From an uncultured Planctomycetia bacterium (lineage in GTDB: Bacteria > Omnitrophota > Gorgyraeia > Duberdicusellales > 4484-171), in NCBI GenBank assembly GCA_964536865.1, contig CAZHYN010000019.1, forward strand, positions 1 through 13,981: a stretch of 13,981 nucleotides of DNA, in the 5' to 3' direction. Every line of letters starts with the position of its first letter. Position 1 is the stretch's first letter. Below are positions 9,200 through 13,981 of the stretch, in pieces. The notes beneath the pieces were generated by a model that saw only the letters and a list, made by a program, of their open reading frames with translations, had not been told where the DNA came from and made no database searches. The translations under genes and the position numbers were made by a program.

Positions 9200-9385
9200 A
9201 TGGTAAGAAATAAGTACTATAGCGCTAAGGAGGCAGCAGAAATTTTAGGGATATCTAAACAAACTCTTCTTAGGTATGAGAAAAGGGGTATTTTTCCTAA
9301 ACCTAAGAGAAATCTGGTTAATGGTTGGAGAGAGTATACCGAAAGCGATTTAAATAAGCTGAAGAGGATTTTAGGTAGGATATGA
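9200..9385 (+). CDS. Stand-alone MerR/excisionase-type winged-HTH DNA-binding protein (61 aa)
   Basis: YSAKEAAEILGISKQTLLRYEKRGIFPKPKR...NGWREYTESDLNKLKRIL follows the MerR N-terminal HTH pattern (HTH, then G-x-R-x-Y-x-x-x-D-L wing). It has no effector or dimerisation domain. The stop overlaps the next start (ATGA at 9382-9385). No obvious SD. Confidence 0.7.
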   Translation: MVRNKYYSAKEAAEILGISKQTLLRYEKRGIFPKPKRNLVNGWREYTESDLNKLKRILGRI

Positions 9386-9753
9386 AATTTTCTAAGTTAG
9401 GGAGGTTAATTTTTCTATCAGGGATATTTACTAGTTTTGCATTTTACCTTACCTCTGGTATCTACAGTTTTGGAGAGAGTGCTATATCACCTCAGCGGAT
9501 TTCTTATTTACGTAATCCTTTTCTTACTCTTCAAGAAGAGGAGTTTTTTCGAACTTATAAAAGAAAGGTTATTGACTATTTAACTCTCTCGGGAATTATC
9601 TACTCCCCTCAAAACGCTTATGCAATCTTTCAGGGCAGGATACTTAAAAAAGGAGACATGTTAGATAGAAAGAGGATTATTGAGATTACTCCTAAAGAAG
9701 TGATTTTAGAAGATAATAAAGGTAGACAGTATTTGGTAAGAGTTAGAAAATGA
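9382..9753 (+). CDS. PilP/GspC-like secretin-interacting protein (N-terminal membrane anchor plus small beta domain)
   Basis: 123 aa. Hydrophobic anchor LIFLSGIFTSFAFYL, then an RNPF motif, then LTLSGIIYSPQNAYAIFQGRILKKGDMLDRKRIIEITPKEVILEDNKGRQYLVRV. This resembles the PilP / GspC-HR pattern (xDPF ... L-x-L-x-G-I ... A-x-I ... GD ... I ... V-x-L). Sits immediately upstream of the secretin genes. Confidence 0.5.
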   Translation: MKFSKLGRLIFLSGIFTSFAFYLTSGIYSFGESAISPQRISYLRNPFLTLQEEEFFRTYKRKVIDYLTLSGIIYSPQNAYAIFQGRILKKGDMLDRKRIIEITPKEVILEDNKGRQYLVRVRK

Positions 9754-10514
9754 ATATCTTTGGCGTCCTTTTATTTACGTTTCTTCTATTTGTAAGTACT
9801 CCTTCTTCTATCTTTTCTCAGCAGGAAAAAGAGTCTATAAATCAGGAAGAAAAAGTTTCTCTGAAGGAAGCAAAAGAAGAGGTAGAAAAAGAGATTCGCC
9901 AAGAGAAGGAAGGGGCAGCTAAAGAGAAAATAGAACAGCCTCCTCAATCTAAGTCTATTTTAGAGATTAAAGGAATAGAGGAACAAGAAGGCCTTTATTC
10001 TCTAGAGCTGAAAGATGTAGAGTTAGCTGATTTTTTTAGAGTGATTGCTCATAACTATCATCTCAATATCTTAGTAGACGAAGAGGTTAAAGGTAAAATC
10101 ACTGCTAGTTTAACTAATGTGACTTTAGAGGAAGCATTGAAAAGGATTGTAGAAGCTAACCATCTTGCTCTAGAGAAGAAAGGTAATATTATAATAATAA
10201 AGCCCAATTTGATTACAAAAGTTTTTGTCCTCAAGCATATCGAAGCTAAAGCAGTTCTAGAAGGAGAAGGCGATGAGAAAGAAGGTAAGTCCGCTGCTAT
10301 TCATACTCTTCTATCTGATCAAGGAAAGATTTTCTTAGGTAAGCAGTCAAACTCTCTTATAGTCACTGATCATCCAGCTAATGTAGAAAAGATAATGGTA
10401 TACTTAAAGAGCATCGATAAGGGGATGAGTAGTAAGGTGTTTAAGCTCAGATACATAAGTGCTAAAGATTTAATAGGAGAAGAAGATGAGGAGAAGGAAG
10501 AATCTTCTAAATAA
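9750..10514 (+). CDS. Secretin N-terminal periplasmic module (signal peptide, E/K-rich linker, N0/STN-like domain, one Secretin_N repeat, first strand of another)
   Basis: Hydrophobic N-terminus MNIFGVLLFTFLLFVSTPSSIFS. N0-like YSLELKDVELADFFRVIAHNYHLNILVDEEVKGKITASLTNVTLEEALKRIVEANHLALEKKGNIIIIKP. N1-like VFVLKHIEAKAV...LLSDQGKIFLGKQSNSLIVTDHPANVEKIMVYLKSID. It then reads VFKLRYISAKDL and ends in an acidic tail. There is no C-terminal secretin core in this ORF. Confidence 0.7.
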   Translation: MNIFGVLLFTFLLFVSTPSSIFSQQEKESINQEEKVSLKEAKEEVEKEIRQEKEGAAKEKIEQPPQSKSILEIKGIEEQEGLYSLELKDVELADFFRVIAHNYHLNILVDEEVKGKITASLTNVTLEEALKRIVEANHLALEKKGNIIIIKPNLITKVFVLKHIEAKAVLEGEGDEKEGKSAAIHTLLSDQGKIFLGKQSNSLIVTDHPANVEKIMVYLKSIDKGMSSKVFKLRYISAKDLIGEEDEEKEESSK

Positions 10515-11709
10515 GGTTGTAGTTTCTACATTTTTTAGTAGCTTATTTCTATTTTTTTCTCTGTTATCTATTCCTTTAAGTTATTCTGGGATTGCTTCGG
10601 AGATAAATTCTCTTCTTTCCAGTGAAGGCAAGATTCTCTTTGGAGAAGAGCCTAATTCTATATTAGTTATTGACTATCCAGAAAATTTAAGAAGAGTTGA
10701 GGAATATCTAAAGATGGTGGATACTCCTCCTAAACAGGTTCTTATCGAAGCTAGAGTGGTAGAGGTAAAACTTCAAAAGGAAAATGCTTTAGGAATTAAC
10801 TGGCAAGCTTTTGCCAAAAAGAATGGTTTTGAGCTAGGTCAATTTAAGATAGCTTCGAGTACCTCTGGTCCTTTAGAACAACAAATTCCTTACAAATCTA
10901 CCAACTATCCTCCAGGAAGTACTTCTGCTGAAGATCCTTTCACTATTACTATCTTTGATGATAATATTAATATTGTTCTTAAGGCACTAGCTAGCTCTTT
11001 TGATACTAACATCTTATCTGCTCCTAGAGTTACCACGGTAAATAACCGTCCTGCAGAAATCAAAATTATTGAGAAACTCCCTTGGGCAGAACCTCAGGTA
11101 GATATGAACGAGTTCGGTATCGCTATAAGTTGGAATATCAACTTTGAAGAAGTAGGAATAAGCCTTAAGGTTACTCCTACTATCACTGATGATGGAAAAA
11201 TTTCTATGGAGATTCATCCTGAAGTTAGCGAGAAAGTTGATGATTACCAGCTTACTGTAGTCCAGGGAAGTACACAGATTCCCTATACTGTCCCTGTGAT
11301 TGATACCCGTACCGCTGATACTAAAGTGGTTATTGGTAATGGCCAAACGCTTATAATTGGAGGCCTAATTAAGGAAAAGATTACCTCAGGAGTAAGTAAA
11401 GTTCCTCTTCTGGGAGACATTCCTGGTTTAGGTTGGTTTTTTAAAAGCAAGAAGGATACTAAGAATAAGACAGAGCTTTTAATCTTTGTTTCCCCCACTA
11501 TAATTACTTCCCAAGTAGTTGCCCGTATGGAGAAGAAAGAAAATCTAGATATAGGAAGATGGTACATGGAGGAAAGGATAAGAGAACAGAGAGCTTTAGA
11601 GAGTAAAGAAGGCAGAGAGGAAAAACTTCTTTCTAGGGTTAACTCTTTAGAAAAAAAGCTAAAGGAGATAATTAAAAAACGCAAAACATTAGAGAATAAA
11701 ATCTTTTAA
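10486..11709 (+). CDS. Secretin core protein (GspD/PilQ family C-terminal pore domain) with its own N-terminal export signal
   Basis: SD AGGAG at 10475-10479, 6 nt before ATG 10486. Signal-like MRRRKNLLNKVVVSTFFSSLFLFFSLLSIPLSYSG. Partial Secretin_N repeat INSLLSSEGKILFGEEPNSILVIDYPENLRRVEEYLKMVDTPPKQVLIEARVVEV. Core motifs ILSAPRVTTVNNRPAEI, GQTLIIGGL and VPLLGDIPGLGWFF (11401-11442), then ELLIFVSPTII. A 64-aa charged C-terminal tail follows. Confidence 0.85.
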   Translation: MRRRKNLLNKVVVSTFFSSLFLFFSLLSIPLSYSGIASEINSLLSSEGKILFGEEPNSILVIDYPENLRRVEEYLKMVDTPPKQVLIEARVVEVKLQKENALGINWQAFAKKNGFELGQFKIASSTSGPLEQQIPYKSTNYPPGSTSAEDPFTITIFDDNINIVLKALASSFDTNILSAPRVTTVNNRPAEIKIIEKLPWAEPQVDMNEFGIAISWNINFEEVGISLKVTPTITDDGKISMEIHPEVSEKVDDYQLTVVQGSTQIPYTVPVIDTRTADTKVVIGNGQTLIIGGLIKEKITSGVSKVPLLGDIPGLGWFFKSKKDTKNKTELLIFVSPTIITSQVVARMEKKENLDIGRWYMEERIREQRALESKEGREEKLLSRVNSLEKKLKEIIKKRKTLENKIF

Positions 11710-11733
11710 CTTTTCAAAACTTTGACTCCTAAC

Positions 11734-13413
11734 ATGGATAATAGTAAATTAAGAAAGAGAATTGGGGAGATTCTTATGGAGCAAGGTTACATCACTTCTG
11801 CTCAGTTAGAAGAGGCTCTAGAAGAACAGAAGATAACTGGAGAAAAACTCGGAGAAATTATGATAAGAAAAGGATGGATTTCTCAGGAAGTATTGAATCA
11901 AGCTTTAGCCAATCAAGCAGGCGTAAGTACTTTTGATTTATCTACCTATATCATTGATCCCGAAGTAATCAAACTAATTCCTGAAGAAGTAGCTACTAAA
12001 TATAAAGTTGTTCCTGTATTTAGAATAGATAATACTTTAACTGTTGCAATGGTCGATCCTAATAACGTTTTCGTTATCGATGAGCTTAGCCGTATAACTG
12101 GGTGTATAATTGAGCCGGTCTTAGCTGATGAGATTGCTATCCGTAAAGCCCACGATCAATACTATGGAGGTGCAGGAACTATTCAAGAGATTATTTCTAG
12201 TATCGATAAGGAAAAATTAGCTGAGGGGGAAAAGTTGGGGGAGGAAGCTCCTATAGTTAAGTTGGTAAATATGTTGATTGTAGAGGCAGTTCAGTCCAAT
12301 GCTTCAGATATTCATATTGAGCCAGAAGAAAAGTTTGTAGGGGTGCGTTACCGCATCGACGGGATTTTACGTCGGCGTACCTTTCTCCCCAAAGATCTTC
12401 AGCCAGCAGTCATATCCCGACTTAAAATAATGTCTGGTTTAGATATTGCTGAAAAAAGAATTCCTCAGGATGGAAGGATTATTATGAAGGTAGCTAATAA
12501 AGATATTGATTTTCGTGTTTCTACCTGTCCTACGGTCCATGGTGAGAATGTGGTTCTAAGGATTTTAGATAAAAGTAGTGTAAATATTGGGTTAGAAAAG
12601 TTAGGATTTCCTCCTCGGGAGCTAGAGTTATTTAGGGAACTTATCTTTCAACCTTACGGGATAATTTTAGTTACTGGTCCTACGGGAAGTGGTAAGACAA
12701 CTACTCTTTACTCTGCCCTGCAAAAAATAAACCGGGAGGAAGTAAATATTATGACGGTAGAAGATCCTGTAGAGTACCAGTTTCCTCGTATTCGTCAAGT
12801 ACAGGTAAACGTAAAAGCAGGACTTACTTTTGCTAGTGCCTTGCGTTCTTTTTTAAGGCAAGATCCTGATGTGATAATGGTAGGAGAAATTAGAGATTTA
12901 GAGACTGCTGAAATTGCTGTACAGGCAGCATTGACCGGGCACTTAGTTTTATCTACTCTTCATACCAATGATTCTCCTTCAGCATTTACTCGGTTGATAG
13001 ATATGGGAGTAGAGCCATTTTTGGTTTCTAGTTCTATATTAGGGGTATTGGCTCAGAGATTGGTAAGGAAGGTATGTTCTAAGTGTAAAGAAGAATATAC
13101 TCCTCCGCAACCTCTCTTAGATGATTTAGGGTTGGGAAATCTAGCTTCTGAATCTATAAAATTTGTAAAGGGAAGAGGATGTAAGTTATGTAATAGTTCT
13201 GGATATAAAGGTAGAATAGGGATTTTCGAACTTCTTAAAGTTACTCCTCAGATACAAGAATTAGTTTTGAGGAGAGCTTCTGCTGATGAGATCGGTAATA
13301 TAGCTAAGAATGAAGGGATGAAATCATTAAGAGAAGCAGCCATTGATAAACTTTTAGAGGGAGTGACTACCCCTGAAGAGGTAATGCGGGTGACTCAATC
13401 TTTAAAGAAGTAA
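11734..13413 (+). CDS. GspE/PilB/MshE-family type IV filament assembly ATPase with MshEN-type N-terminal domain
   Basis: Walker A GPTGSGKTTT (from 12676), Asp box VEDPVEY, Walker B DPDVIMVGEIRD, His box GHLVLSTLHTND. Tetracysteine pair CSKCK...CKLCNSSGYKGR. The track start is TTG 11722. ATG 11734 (MDNSKLRK) is preferred, and neither has a clear SD. Confidence 0.9.
   Translation: MDNSKLRKRIGEILMEQGYITSAQLEEALEEQKITGEKLGEIMIRKGWISQEVLNQALANQAGVSTFDLSTYIIDPEVIKLIPEEVATKYKVVPVFRIDNTLTVAMVDPNNVFVIDELSRITGCIIEPVLADEIAIRKAHDQYYGGAGTIQEIISSIDKEKLAEGEKLGEEAPIVKLVNMLIVEAVQSNASDIHIEPEEKFVGVRYRIDGILRRRTFLPKDLQPAVISRLKIMSGLDIAEKRIPQDGRIIMKVANKDIDFRVSTCPTVHGENVVLRILDKSSVNIGLEKLGFPPRELELFRELIFQPYGIILVTGPTGSGKTTTLYSALQKINREEVNIMTVEDPVEYQFPRIRQVQVNVKAGLTFASALRSFLRQDPDVIMVGEIRDLETAEIAVQAALTGHLVLSTLHTNDSPSAFTRLIDMGVEPFLVSSSILGVLAQRLVRKVCSKCKEEYTPPQPLLDDLGLGNLASESIKFVKGRGCKLCNSSGYKGRIGIFELLKVTPQIQELVLRRASADEIGNIAKNEGMKSLREAAIDKLLEGVTTPEEVMRVTQSLKK
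11758..11916 (+). other. Tandem 24-residue MshEN-type c-di-GMP-binding motifs separated by a 5-residue spacer
   Basis: RIGEILMEQGYITSAQLEEALEEQ (11758-11829), spacer KITGE, then KLGEIMIRKGWISQEVLNQALANQ (11845-11916). Both fit RLGxx(L/V/I)(L/V/I)xxG(L/V/I)(L/V/I)xxxxLxxxLxxQ, with conservative deviations. Motif 1 has I for L2, M at position 7 and Y at position 11. Motif 2 has K for R1, M at position 6 and W at position 11. Confidence 0.6.
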
Positions 13414-13424
13414 AACAAAATCTA

Positions 13425-13453
13425 TTGAAAAAAATATTTAATTGAGGTATAAT
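13425..13453 (+). promoter_or_regulatory. Candidate strong sigma70-type promoter for the pilin gene (TTGAAA, 17-nt spacer, TATAAT)
   Basis: TTGAAA at 13425-13430, exact 17-nt spacer, consensus TATAAT at 13448-13453. SD AAGGAGGTG at 13477-13485 follows, then ATG 13490. Confidence 0.55.
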
Positions 13454-13489
13454 TAAAAGTGTAAAAAGGCTTTAAGAAGGAGGTGGTAG

Positions 13490-13981
13490 ATGAGGAAAGG
13501 GTTCACATTGGTTGAGTTAATTGTTGTTATAGCTATTATTGCTATCTTAGCAGCAGTAGTAGCTCCTCAAGCTTTTAGAGCTATTGAGAAGGGAAAAGTA
13601 TCTGCTTTATTAGGGGATTACAAATCTATTAAGACAGCCACTATGGCTTTGTATGCGGATACTAACAGTTGGCCTGCCAATGGAAGTAGTGGTCAAGATT
13701 TAGTTTACAATGCCAGTGGTATATCAGGATGGGATGGTCCTTATCTTGAGAAATGGCCTGGGCAGAATCCTTTTGGAGGGACATATACGATTAACAATGA
13801 GAGTGCTACCCGAGACTGGGATGGTGACGGTTCTAATGATGATGCAGTGGTCCTTCAGGCTACCAATATTAGCAATACTCAGTTTAATAGAATAGATAAT
13901 CAAATAGATGGTGGAGACGGAGCAGCTGCTGGTAGTGTTCGTTACGATTCTACTAACAGTCGGGTAGAAATGCTTCTTTCT
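13490..13981 (+). CDS. Type IV prepilin / GspG-like pseudopilin (3' end truncated by the window)
   Basis: Not in the ORF track because no stop lies within the window. My translation from ATG 13490 is MRKG|FTLVELIVVIAIIAILAAVVAPQAFRAIEKGK... This has a short basic leader, Gly at -1, Phe at +1, Glu at +5 (codon 13514-13516) and a hydrophobic helix. GPYLEKWPGQNPFGGTYTI resembles the GspG core (GPYL..P.DPWG..Y). The frame is open for 164 codons to the window end. Confidence 0.85.
   Translation, partial: MRKGFTLVELIVVIAIIAILAAVVAPQAFRAIEKGKVSALLGDYKSIKTATMALYADTNSWPANGSSGQDLVYNASGISGWDGPYLEKWPGQNPFGGTYTINNESATRDWDGDGSNDDAVVLQATNISNTQFNRIDNQIDGGDGAAAGSVRYDSTNSRVEMLLS

Noticed and set aside
9190-9213. 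A 7-codon upstream ORF (MIWYGKK) overlapping the start of the HTH gene.
   Set aside because: It is too short, has no SD and has no conservation information. It is most likely fortuitous.
10470-10520. The split secretin as a simple sequencing frameshift or pseudogene.
   Set aside because: This is not fully excluded, but it is disfavoured. The downstream half has a correctly spaced SD, an ATG and a complete signal-peptide-like N-terminus. An in-frame TAG lies 4 codons upstream of that ATG. A fusion would bury a hydrophobic helix inside a periplasmic domain. The alternative is kept in the finding's refutation criteria.
13710-13895. The 61-aa + strand ORF inside the pilin region.
   Set aside because: It is out of frame with, and fully contained in, the much better supported prepilin reading frame starting at 13490. 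It has no motifs and no SD.
1-13981. Mobile elements, CRISPR arrays, tRNA or rRNA genes, long direct or inverted nucleotide repeats, and a compositional island.
   Set aside because: I found no transposase, integrase or recombinase motifs, no spaced repeat arrays and no tRNA-like structures on reading. Composition and codon style look uniform across both blocks by eye. No GC profile was computed.

Overview
AT-rich, K/E/I-rich bacterial window. All supportable genes are on the + strand and are tightly packed. I saw no rRNA, tRNA, CRISPR array, transposase or integrase. Calls rest on reading motifs by eye, since no searches were run.

Block 1 (105-9034) is an amino-acid biosynthesis super-operon: ilvB, ilvN, ilvC, leuA, aroE and aroC. 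Two non-metabolic genes sit inside it and share stop/start overlaps with their neighbours. One is a membrane HAMP-GAF-HD-GYP protein, a predicted c-di-GMP phosphodiesterase, wedged exactly between the two acetolactate synthase subunit genes. The other is a prepilin peptidase wedged between aroE and aroC.

Block 2 (about 9115 to the window end) follows the only sizeable intergenic gap. It is a compact type IV filament (T4P/T2SS-like) module made of:
- a 61-aa stand-alone MerR-type HTH;
- a PilP/GspC-like protein;
- a secretin encoded as two overlapping genes, split inside an N-domain repeat;
- a GspE/PilB-family ATPase whose N-terminus matches the tandem MshEN c-di-GMP-binding motif;
- a GspG-like prepilin with its own strong promoter, truncated by the window end.

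No PilM/N/O and no GspF/PilC platform gene occur in the window.

The observations most worth follow-up are the split secretin, the HD-GYP gene embedded in the AHAS operon, and a possible c-di-GMP link between that gene and the MshEN-type ATPase.
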